Assembly (NCBI GenBank): GCA_964574655.1
Contig: CAZNOH010000001.1
Span: 329,852-393,851 of the forward strand
DNA: 64,000 nucleotides
DNA from: an uncultured Candidatus Saccharibacteria bacterium
GTDB taxonomy: Bacteria; Patescibacteriota; JABMPQ01; JAQVVF01
Reading direction: 5' to 3'
Under the pieces are notes generated by a model, which was given only the letters and a program-made list of their open reading frames with translations, was not told the origin of the DNA and made no database searches. A program made the translations under genes and the position numbers. Of the stretch, positions 8,777-17,116 are shown piece after piece (position 1 is the first letter of the stretch; every line of letters starts with the position of its first letter).

Positions 8777-9883
8777 ATGCAAAAACAAAAACCAGATTAT
8801 GTTTTTCTTGTCGTAGCACTAATTTTAGTGGTTTTTGGTTTGATTATGTTGTCTTCAGCAAGCGTTGTTTTGTCGTATCAGAATTTTGGCAATAATTATT
8901 ATTATTTTACTCATCAGCTTTTGTTTGGAGTGCTGATCGGATTAGTTGCAATGTTTGTTTGTTACAAAATTGATTATCATAACTGGAAAAAGTTTGCAGC
9001 ATTGATGTTAATTCTGACTTTGGTTTTGTTGGTCTTGGTTTTTATTCCAGGACTTGGTTTTGAATATGGAGGTGCGAAAAGATGGGTCAATTTGGGTCCC
9101 TTTGGGACCATTCAACCAACAGAAATTGCAAAATTAACTTTTCTTTTATATTTGGCAACTTGGCTAGACAAGAGATCTCAAGGAATAAAGGATTGGAAAT
9201 ATAGCTTTGCGCCATTTTTGCTTATGCTTGCTGTTGTTGGAACTTTAATAGTATTGCAACCCGATGTTGGTACAATGACAGTAATTATCTTAATGTCAAT
9301 CGTTGTGTATTTTGTGGCAGGAGGTAAAATAACGCATTTGGCAGTTCTGGGAGTGGGCGCTGTCTTGATCATGATGCTGTTGATAAAAATTGCGCCTTAT
9401 AGAATGTCACGTTTTACAGTGTTTTTAAATCCAGAACTAGATCCGCAGGGCATTGGTTATCAGATAAATCAATCTTTATTGGCCGTAGGATCTGGCGGAA
9501 TTTTGGGTAGAGGCTTGGGCAAGAGTATACAGAAACATAATTATTTGCCAGAGGCGTCTGGTGATTCTATTTTTGCTGTCATTGCTGAAGAAATGGGTTT
9601 TATTAGAATAATTTTCTTGTTATTACTTTTCTTATTTTTTACGTATCTTGGATTTAGAATTGCAAAAAGAGCGCCAGACATGTATGGAAAACTAATCGCA
9701 GCAGGAATTACAGCATGGGTAGCTTTGCAGGCTTTGATTAATATGTCAGCAATGATCTCTTTGATTCCCTTGACTGGCATTCCTTTGCCTTTTATATCTT
9801 ATGGTGGATCAGCGATTATTTCTTTGTTAGCGGCGTGTGGGATAATGTTGAATATTTCAAAGCAGTCGAGAGTTTCGGATTAA
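8777..9883 (+). CDS. ftsW: cell division protein FtsW (SEDS family)
   Basis: 10 TM helices, conserved SEDS motifs (GGAKRWV, SGGILGRGLG, PEASGDSIFAVIAEE). Confidence 0.8.
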   Translation: MQKQKPDYVFLVVALILVVFGLIMLSSASVVLSYQNFGNNYYYFTHQLLFGVLIGLVAMFVCYKIDYHNWKKFAALMLILTLVLLVLVFIPGLGFEYGGAKRWVNLGPFGTIQPTEIAKLTFLLYLATWLDKRSQGIKDWKYSFAPFLLMLAVVGTLIVLQPDVGTMTVIILMSIVVYFVAGGKITHLAVLGVGAVLIMMLLIKIAPYRMSRFTVFLNPELDPQGIGYQINQSLLAVGSGGILGRGLGKSIQKHNYLPEASGDSIFAVIAEEMGFIRIIFLLLLFLFFTYLGFRIAKRAPDMYGKLIAAGITAWVALQALINMSAMISLIPLTGIPLPFISYGGSAIISLLAACGIMLNISKQSRVSD

Positions 9884-9932
9884 ATTCTCTAATTCGATCT
9901 CTAATTCGCCTAATAAAATCTCTAATAATTTA

Positions 9933-9965
9933 AATCCTGATCTTTTTGACTTCAGGGTTTTTTTG
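9933..9965 (+). terminator. rho-independent terminator after ftsW (hairpin AATCCTGA...TCAGGGTT + T7)
   Basis: Stem-loop followed by TTTTTTT. Confidence 0.45.
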
Positions 9966-9980
9966 TATTATATTGGAATT

Positions 9981-11588
9981 ATGAAAATACTTTTAGCAGG
10001 CGGAGGAACTGGCGGGCATATTATGCCTATTTTGGCTACAGTAAAGCAAATAATAAGAATAAATCCTGAGACGCAATTTTTATGGATAGGAACGAAAAAG
10101 GGTCCGGAAGCAAGAATTGCTCGCGATAATAAAATTGAGTTTAAGGCTGTTTTGGCTGGTAAAATGAGACGCTACGTTTCATTTTGGAATCTTGTTGATT
10201 TGATTAAGTTGCCTTTAGGTGTTGTGCAAGCTTATTTTAAAGTAAAAAAATTCAAGCCAGATGTTTGTTTTAGCAAGGGCGGATATGTAAGCGTTCCAAC
10301 TGTTCTTGCTTGCCATCATTTTAAAATTCCAGTTTTATTACATGAATCAGATATAATTGCTGGCAAATCAAATTTGTTTATGGCGAAATATGCCAATAAA
10401 ATTGCTTTAGGTTTTGAAGAAGGCAAGCAGAGTTTTAAAGATTATTCCAATAAAGTTGTTATTACTGGCAATCCAGTACGTGATGAAATTTTGTCAGCAA
10501 ATAGAGAAAATGGTTTAAAAGATTTTAAATTGAATAATAATAAGCCAGTTTTGTTGATAATGGGTGGGAGCCAAGGCGCTCAAAGAATAAATGAATTAAT
10601 TGGTCAAGTTTTGCCCAAGTTTTTGGAAAAATGGCAAATTATTCATCTTGTTGGTCCAGAGCATGGAAATCAAATTTTAGGAAATCTGGGTGCATTGGAG
10701 AATGATTATCATGTTTTTAAATTTTTGGATGGAAAAAAGATGGGCGAGGCTTTAGCAGTTGCGACATTAATAGTTTCAAGGTCTGGTGCTAATAGTTTGG
10801 CGGAAATTGCAGCATTGGGCAGACCAGCAATATTAATTCCATATCCTCATTCTGCAGGCGATCATCAAAAAATCAATGCTGATATTTATGCTAAAAATAA
10901 TGCAGCGATTGTCTTGGATGAGAAGGATCTGACTCCAGAAAAACTATTGAAAGAAATTAATAATTTGTTAATAGATAAAGGAAAATTAGAAAAATTGCAG
11001 TTAGCGATGTTAAAAATGTCTAATAAAGAGGCGAATAGCAAGTTAACAACTGAAATTTTAGCTTTGGCCAAATCAAAAAATGTTTTGGCTAAAAAGAATA
11101 AGAAGATTTTAGTGTTTGTAGAGGGTACTATTTTGATGCAAAAAAAAGCTTTTGGTGAAAGTCGTGATAAAATTGTTTTGCAGGTTAAAAATAACGATCC
11201 TTCAATTGATGATTTTGCTAATTATATTATGATTGGCCAAGCAAATTTGAAATTAAAAAAATGGCAAGAGCAAGGCGCAAAAATTTTGTATTTAACTTCA
11301 AGAACTTTGGCTGAAGAAGTTGCTCAGATCGGTGAAGTCTTGGCTAAAAATAATTTTCCAGAAGGTGATTTATTCTATAGAAAAGAAAATCAGCAATATA
11401 AAGATATTGTTGAATATATAAAGCCAGATATTTTGATTGAAGATGATTGTGAAAGTATTGGTGGAATAAAAGAGATGGCTATTTCTCAAGTTAAGCCAGA
11501 AATTAAAAATAATATTAAATTAATTGTTGTTAAAGAATTCGCTGGCATTGATAATCTTGTGGATGAAATTTCTGATTTGATGAAATAA
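9981..11588 (+). CDS. murG: UDP-N-acetylglucosamine--N-acetylmuramyl-(pentapeptide) pyrophosphoryl-undecaprenol N-acetylglucosamine transferase with ~180-aa C-terminal extension of unknown function
   Basis: MKILLAGGGTGGHIMPIL N-terminus; GT28 motifs (HESDIIAGKSN, GGSQGA); extra C-terminal domain after ~residue 365. Confidence 0.75.
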   Translation: MKILLAGGGTGGHIMPILATVKQIIRINPETQFLWIGTKKGPEARIARDNKIEFKAVLAGKMRRYVSFWNLVDLIKLPLGVVQAYFKVKKFKPDVCFSKGGYVSVPTVLACHHFKIPVLLHESDIIAGKSNLFMAKYANKIALGFEEGKQSFKDYSNKVVITGNPVRDEILSANRENGLKDFKLNNNKPVLLIMGGSQGAQRINELIGQVLPKFLEKWQIIHLVGPEHGNQILGNLGALENDYHVFKFLDGKKMGEALAVATLIVSRSGANSLAEIAALGRPAILIPYPHSAGDHQKINADIYAKNNAAIVLDEKDLTPEKLLKEINNLLIDKGKLEKLQLAMLKMSNKEANSKLTTEILALAKSKNVLAKKNKKILVFVEGTILMQKKAFGESRDKIVLQVKNNDPSIDDFANYIMIGQANLKLKKWQEQGAKILYLTSRTLAEEVAQIGEVLAKNNFPEGDLFYRKENQQYKDIVEYIKPDILIEDDCESIGGIKEMAISQVKPEIKNNIKLIVVKEFAGIDNLVDEISDLMK

Positions 11589-11609
11589 AAAACCCAAAAA
11601 ATATTTGGG

Positions 11610-11843
11610 TTAGTGCAAAGTAGAAGCAAGCGCAAGTTGAAGAGCTAAATTAGCTAAAATCAGTCCAGTGACAAGCGTTGGTTCGTTGATGCGAAGGGTG
11701 AGCTGACTTGCAATGTTGGAAGTTCCTTGGAAACTGATAACTTCAAGGCAAGGTTTACCGTCATCGAAAAAATTCAGAGGATTATTTAGACTTTTGACGA
11801 GCTGTTCGAGTTGCTTGCTAGTCAATTTGATTGTTGCGAGCAT
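11610..11843 (-). CDS. small hypothetical protein with hydrophobic C-terminus
   Basis: Strong SD GGAGGGGAAATG upstream of ATG; GC content higher than neighbours. Confidence 0.4.
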   Translation of the reverse strand: MLATIKLTSKQLEQLVKSLNNPLNFFDDGKPCLEVISFQGTSNIASQLTLRINEPTLVTGLILANLALQLALASTLH

Positions 11844-11908
11844 TTCCCCTCCTTTTTTCTTTGCAGTTTGAAAAAGCAGGACAACTTATTATATTCTCTA
11901 CTTATATT

Positions 11909-13204
11909 ATGTCAATAAATTTAGAAAAAATCAAGAAGGCGTATTTTATTGGTATCGGCGGAATTGGTGTTTCGGCTGTTGCTAGAATTTTTATGGAAAA
12001 AGGAATCCAAGTTTTTGGATCTGATTTGGTTGAAAGTATAGTTACAAAAGATTTAATTAAAAAAGGTGCTAAGATTTTTATTGGCAAACATAATGCAAAA
12101 AATTTGCAAGATGATGTTGATTTAGTTATCTATACTGTGGCAACGGAAAATGATAATCCAGAATTAGTTAAGGCTATTAAATTAAAAATTAAAACATTAA
12201 GCTATCCTCAAGTTTTGGGTGAATTAACAAAAAATAAATATTTGATTGCAGTATCAGGTACTCATGGAAAGACAACGACGACGGCGATGATTGGATTAAT
12301 GTTAGTAAGAGCAGGCATGGATCCAACCGTGATTGTTGGATCAAACATCAAAGAATTTGGTGGTAATGCAAGATTGGGTAAAAGCGATTATTTTGTTATT
12401 GAAGCAGATGAATACAGAAGAGCATTTTTAAATTATAATCCAAAGATTGCAGTTGTTTTAAATATTGAATTTGATCATCCTGATTGCTATAAAAATTTAG
12501 ATGATGTGAAAGATGCTTTTGATATTTTTATGGCTAAGGCTGATTATATTGTTGATCATCCAGAAAATTTAATAAATGATTTAGATTTAAGATTAAAAGT
12601 GCCTGGAAAAGGTTTTTTGCTTGATGCGCTGTCTGCTCGTGAAGTTGGTAGAATTTTGGAAATTGATGATAAAATAGTTAAGGAAAGTTTGGAAAACTAT
12701 CAAGGTTCTTGGCGGAGATTTGAGATAAAAGGTGAAGTTAATGGAGTAATTGTCATTGATGATTATGCTCATCATCCAACAGAAGTAAAATCAACTTTGC
12801 AGGCGGCAAAAGAAAAATATCCGACCCGCCTTCGCCAAGGCTCCGGCGGGCAAGGTAAAAATATTATTTGTGTTTTTCAACCGCATCATCAAGATCGATT
12901 TAATGCATTGTTTGATGAATTTGTTAATTCTTTTAAAGATTGCGATAAATTAATTTTGACGGATGTGTATCATGTGGCAGGACGTGAATCGCGAATAAAC
13001 ACAAATGCTCTTCGGGTTACAAATAGCACAAAAAAAACCTCTAAAGAATTGGCTGAAAAAATTGGTGGAAAGGCTGTTTATGTTGGGTCTTTAGATAAGG
13101 CTTTGGAATGGCTGACTAAAAATGTTAAAGCTGGCGATGTTGTGATTACGATGGGAGCTGGAGACGTGACAAAAATAAGCGATGAATTGGTTAAGAAATT
13201 ATAA
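11909..13204 (+). CDS. murC: UDP-N-acetylmuramate--L-alanine ligase
   Basis: YFIGIGGIGVSAVARIF N-terminus, P-loop SGTHGKTTTTAM; in-frame palindromic insert at 12821..12860. Confidence 0.8.
   Translation: MSINLEKIKKAYFIGIGGIGVSAVARIFMEKGIQVFGSDLVESIVTKDLIKKGAKIFIGKHNAKNLQDDVDLVIYTVATENDNPELVKAIKLKIKTLSYPQVLGELTKNKYLIAVSGTHGKTTTTAMIGLMLVRAGMDPTVIVGSNIKEFGGNARLGKSDYFVIEADEYRRAFLNYNPKIAVVLNIEFDHPDCYKNLDDVKDAFDIFMAKADYIVDHPENLINDLDLRLKVPGKGFLLDALSAREVGRILEIDDKIVKESLENYQGSWRRFEIKGEVNGVIVIDDYAHHPTEVKSTLQAAKEKYPTRLRQGSGGQGKNIICVFQPHHQDRFNALFDEFVNSFKDCDKLILTDVYHVAGRESRINTNALRVTNSTKKTSKELAEKIGGKAVYVGSLDKALEWLTKNVKAGDVVITMGAGDVTKISDELVKKL
12821..12860. repeat. intragenic in-frame palindromic element (CCCGCC-TTCGCCAAGGCTCC-GGCGGG-CAAGGTAAAA) in murC
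   Basis: Homolog of murD insert; encodes RLRQGSGGQGK. Confidence 0.65.
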
Positions 13205-13232
13205 ATTTTAAAAATAAATTAATAAAAACAAA

Positions 13233-15059
13233 ATGAAAAGACAGAAATTATTAATTATCGGGATGATGTTTGTTGTGTTTTCTTTTCTTGGTATTAATGC
13301 AAATGCCGAGATTTTGGATAGGACAACTGATTCCTTGTTTGATTTCGAGACTTATGGCGATTCTAGGACAGGTCATACCGCACATCAACAAATTGTCGAT
13401 CAAATGGTGCCATTGAATTCTGATTTTGTGTTGCATGTGGGAGATATAGTGGACTCAGGTGCTTCAATACCTGAATGGAACATTTTTTTGAGCATTACAG
13501 CAGGATATAGAGACAAAGCTATAAAGAACGGCTTGACTAGAAATTTTTATCCAAGCATTGGCAATCATGATTATCCTTTAGCAAACTATGATGATTTGTT
13601 TGGCGTAGATCATTATTATTCTTGGGATTATAAAGGTTTTCATTTTATTTCTTTAAATACGCTGGAATCTTATATTCAAGGGAGCGATCAATATAATTGG
13701 CTAGTTAATGATTTAGTTGTAAATGATGATAAAGAAATAATAGTATTTTTTCATAATCCGCCTTATAGTTCTGGATCGCATGGTAGTGATTCTGGTGTGC
13801 AGAATATTCTAGTTCCATTATTTGAACAAGCGGGTGTAAGTTTAGTTTTTAATGGACATGATCATCTATACGAGAGGACCTATCCGATTTATAATAACGC
13901 TGTAAATTATTCAAATGGCGTAACTTATATTACAACTGGAGGAGGTGGCGCTCCGTTATATAATTTTACATCGGGAAATTGGTGGACAGCGTATATTAAA
14001 AAAACTTACGAATTTGTTTATTTGCAAGTAACGAGCAGTAGAATTTATGGAACTGCTGTTGATGAAAATGGAAATCAGTTTGATAGTTTTGAAATAACAA
14101 ATAGAAAGAACCAGAAATATTTAATGACTTCTTTGGAAGATAATGGACGTGAGAGAATAAAACAATATCAAACTTCAAGAGATCTCTATGATAATGGATT
14201 TTATGCCTATAAAAATTCTAATAAAAATAATGGGACTAGGATTGCAAGAGCTGATGTTGATTTAGATGGCAAAGATGAATTAATAATTGGCGCTGGACCT
14301 GGCGGAAGGCCGTGGGTAAAAATATTTAAAACTGATGGGACTTTATTGAAGAAATTTTATGCGTTTAAGAAATCTTATTCTGGAGGAGTAGATGTGGCAG
14401 GAGGTGATGTGAATAATGATAACTATGATGAAATTGCAGTGTCAAAATTTTCTGGAGATGGATCGAAAGTAAAAATTTTTAATTATCTTGATAATGCTGT
14501 TCTTTTTGATAGAATAATATTTCCGAACTTAAATACAGGTGCTTCGATATCAATGGGAGATGTTGATTCAGATGGCAAAGATGAATTAATTGCTGGAACT
14601 TCTGGATCAGTCTCTACTATTGTTAAATTCTATAATATCCGTACAAATGATATTAATGGCAAAAAATTAGATATTGAATTAAAACCATTTAAAAGTTCAA
14701 TAAAAACTGGGATAGATGTCAGCAACGGAGATGTTGATGATGATGGTTTGGTTGAAATTGGAGTGTCAAAATTATCTGGCGACAAAGGCAGAATTAAAAT
14801 TTTGGAATATGATGTGTCTGGTATTGTTTTGAAAAAGATTTCTGTTTTTAGGAAAGATCATAAAAGTGGTGCGAATATTGAAATGTTTGATGTAAATTCT
14901 GATGGTAAAACTGAAATAATTGCAAGTTCTAGAAAAGCAAACGATAGCCAACCTAGAATAAAAATTTTTAAGACTAATGGTAAAAAGTATAGTGATATTT
15001 TTTATCCATACAATAAAAGTTTGAAAGCGGGAGTTGTTGTTGCAGGTGTGAATGAATAG
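13233..15059 (+). CDS. secreted calcineurin-like metallophosphoesterase fused to FG-GAP (integrin-alpha-like) repeats
   Basis: Signal peptide; GDSRTGHT, VGDIVDSG, GNHDY, NGHDHLYER phosphoesterase motifs; repeated DVDxDGKDEL..GAGPGG..VKIF..GGVDVAGGDV units. Confidence 0.6.
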   Translation: MKRQKLLIIGMMFVVFSFLGINANAEILDRTTDSLFDFETYGDSRTGHTAHQQIVDQMVPLNSDFVLHVGDIVDSGASIPEWNIFLSITAGYRDKAIKNGLTRNFYPSIGNHDYPLANYDDLFGVDHYYSWDYKGFHFISLNTLESYIQGSDQYNWLVNDLVVNDDKEIIVFFHNPPYSSGSHGSDSGVQNILVPLFEQAGVSLVFNGHDHLYERTYPIYNNAVNYSNGVTYITTGGGGAPLYNFTSGNWWTAYIKKTYEFVYLQVTSSRIYGTAVDENGNQFDSFEITNRKNQKYLMTSLEDNGRERIKQYQTSRDLYDNGFYAYKNSNKNNGTRIARADVDLDGKDELIIGAGPGGRPWVKIFKTDGTLLKKFYAFKKSYSGGVDVAGGDVNNDNYDEIAVSKFSGDGSKVKIFNYLDNAVLFDRIIFPNLNTGASISMGDVDSDGKDELIAGTSGSVSTIVKFYNIRTNDINGKKLDIELKPFKSSIKTGIDVSNGDVDDDGLVEIGVSKLSGDKGRIKILEYDVSGIVLKKISVFRKDHKSGANIEMFDVNSDGKTEIIASSRKANDSQPRIKIFKTNGKKYSDIFYPYNKSLKAGVVVAGVNE

Positions 15060-15061
15060 AT

Positions 15062-15090
15062 ATTCGGACATTGTGATATTCGGATATTAG
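15062..15090 (+). promoter_or_regulatory. TTCGRATATT-type array (attcggacattgtgatattcggatattagg)
   Basis: Shared motif family. Confidence 0.3.
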
Positions 15091-15096
15091 GAATCG

Positions 15097-15139
15097 CTAC
15101 CCAACTTTTGTTGGGGTTCGGCAAACTTTAGTTTGCAGG
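15097..15139. repeat. REP-like element CTAC-CCAACTTTTGTTGGGG-TTCGGCAAACTTTAGTTTGCAGG
   Basis: Member of the 6042 family, 3' of FG-GAP phosphoesterase gene. Confidence 0.6.
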
Positions 15140-15144
15140 AGGTT

Positions 15145-15178
15145 GAGATATTTTAATATTAAGATATTTGGGTATTAG
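15145..15178 (+). promoter_or_regulatory. GATATT tandem array (gagatattttaatattaagatatttgggtattag) immediately upstream of murB
   Basis: Shared motif family. Confidence 0.3.
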
Positions 15179-15183
15179 AAATT

Positions 15184-16122
15184 ATGAATAATTTTTTCGA
15201 AAAATGCGAACGAAATGTTAGTTTAAGTGAACATACAACATTTAAAATTGGCGGACCAGCTGATTACTTTTTTGTAGCAAAAAATCAGGAAGATTTAATT
15301 GAGGCGTTGAAGGTAGCACAGGAAGAAAAAATTGATTATTATATTCTAGGCGCTGGGTCAAATGTGTTAATTTCAGATGATGGTTTTAGAGGCTTGATAA
15401 TTAAAATAGAGATTACTGATTTGAATTTAGAGAATAATATTATAAAGGCAGGTGCTGGTGTTGCAGTTGGAAAAATCGTGAGTTCAGCTTTAGATAATAA
15501 TTTGACAGGCGTTGAATTTTGGACAGGAGTGCCTGGAACAATTGGCGGGGCAATTTTTGGAAATGCTGGAGCTTATGGAAAAGACGCAAAAGATGTCTTA
15601 AAAAGTGTGACTTATTATGATATTACTGAAAACAAAATAATCAAGAAAGAAATTAGCGAGCTTGGTTTTTCTTATCGATCCAGCGAATTTAAAGAAGATA
15701 AAGATAAAATTATTTTGTCTTGTGAAATTAAATTAGAAAAAGGCGATAAAAATAAGATAATCGCTGAAATGTCGGATATTGCAAAAAAACGAGTTTCTAA
15801 AATTCCTGTTGAACAAAGCGCTGGTTCAGTTTTTAAAAATGTAGTTTTAAAAGAATTAAGAATAGAGAATAGAGAATTGAGAAAATACTTGAAAGAATTT
15901 GTACATGGAAAGATTCCTGTTGCATTATTAATTGAAAAATGTGGATTAAAAGGTAAGCAAGTTGGTGGCGCAAAAGTTTCAGAAAAGCATGCTAATTTTA
16001 TAGTGAATACTGGTAGCGCAAAAGCAAAAGATGTGCTAGAGTTAGTTGAAATAGTAAAAAAGAGCGTGAAGGAAAAGTTTGGTGTAGAGTTAGAGCTGGA
16101 GAACATTTTAGTTGGATTCTGA
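15184..16122 (+). CDS. murB: UDP-N-acetylenolpyruvoylglucosamine reductase
   Basis: FAD-binding HTTFKIGGPADYF, GAGSNVL, C-terminal MurB domain. Confidence 0.8.
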   Translation: MNNFFEKCERNVSLSEHTTFKIGGPADYFFVAKNQEDLIEALKVAQEEKIDYYILGAGSNVLISDDGFRGLIIKIEITDLNLENNIIKAGAGVAVGKIVSSALDNNLTGVEFWTGVPGTIGGAIFGNAGAYGKDAKDVLKSVTYYDITENKIIKKEISELGFSYRSSEFKEDKDKIILSCEIKLEKGDKNKIIAEMSDIAKKRVSKIPVEQSAGSVFKNVVLKELRIENRELRKYLKEFVHGKIPVALLIEKCGLKGKQVGGAKVSEKHANFIVNTGSAKAKDVLELVEIVKKSVKEKFGVELELENILVGF

Positions 16123-16175
16123 ATTTTTCAGGAATAAAAAAATCGCCTTTTGAAAAGCGATTAGAGAAAGTACTT

Positions 16176-16601
16176 TTAGTCGATTGTTGACGCAACGAGG
16201 TCAAGAATCGTTTGCGTATTTGCAGGTTTTTCAAGTTGGACAGCATTGTATTGTTTTACTTGCTCCAATGCTTCATACGTAGACGAGAAAAGAATAATTG
16301 GCTTGGAATAGCCATTGCTTCTTAGTTGAATAATGGCTTGAAGTCCAGTCATTTCCGATCCCGTATCATGATCAGAAATGATCAGATCAAAGATGCGTGA
16401 CGATGCAATTTCAAATCCTTCTTCAGCAGTTTCTGCTATAACAACATCATATTGTCTTTTCAAGAGACGATTTAACATTCCACGGATCACTCGATCATCG
16501 TCAATGATCAGAATTGTCCTTTTCGTTGTTGCATGAAGAGTAGCGAGAAAAAGGCAAAGTGCAACCCCGACGCCTCCCAGAACCATGCCGGTCTCGATCA
16601 T
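16176..16601 (-). CDS. single-domain response-regulator receiver protein with N-terminal hydrophobic segment
   Basis: ILIIDDDRVIRGML...LIISDHDTGSEMTG...KPIILFSS receiver motifs; SD GAGG upstream. Confidence 0.65.
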   Translation of the reverse strand: MIETGMVLGGVGVALCLFLATLHATTKRTILIIDDDRVIRGMLNRLLKRQYDVVIAETAEEGFEIASSRIFDLIISDHDTGSEMTGLQAIIQLRSNGYSKPIILFSSTYEALEQVKQYNAVQLEKPANTQTILDLVASTID

Positions 16602-16690
16602 TTAGGAACCTCGCAGTATTACCCGCGCTTCTGGCTTTATGTGGGCCAGTGTGTATATAGTATCATATTTTAATAATTTGTCAATACTTT

Positions 16691-17023
16691 ATGAAAATCA
16701 CAATTTATCACAAAAAAATTGAATTAACGGACAAGCTTTATGCTTATGTCCAAGAAAAAGTCGGCGGGTTAGAGCAATATATTGACAATGTCATTGAATG
16801 TTTTGTAGAGTTAGACGAAGATACTTCAATGAAATCAGGCAAAAAATTTAGATGCGAAGTGCAAATGAAAATTCCAAGATCTTCAATTCGAGCTGAAGAA
16901 ATCGCTTATGATATTTTTGAAGCAATTGATTTGATAATTCCAAAATTAACTAAACAAATTGAGAGATACAAAGATAATCAAGAACATAAAAGAGGAATAA
17001 GAGAGGTAATGGGTAAAATCTAA
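16691..17023 (+). CDS. hpf: ribosome hibernation promoting factor (HPF/RaiA)
   Basis: MKITIYHKKIELTDKLYAYVQEKV..., typical position upstream of secA. Confidence 0.75.
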   Translation: MKITIYHKKIELTDKLYAYVQEKVGGLEQYIDNVIECFVELDEDTSMKSGKKFRCEVQMKIPRSSIRAEEIAYDIFEAIDLIIPKLTKQIERYKDNQEHKRGIREVMGKI

Positions 17024-17116
17024 TTATTATTGTTATTCTGTAGCTTTGCGAGGAATCCCAAAATTATTTTTAATAACGGGATCTCTCGCCGCGGCTCGAG
17101 ATGACAGAAATTTTTT

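Noticed and set aside
11060-11588. HAD-phosphatase assignment for the MurG C-terminal extension
   Set aside because: The candidate motif VFVEGTI lacks the DxD nucleophile, so no assignment is made.
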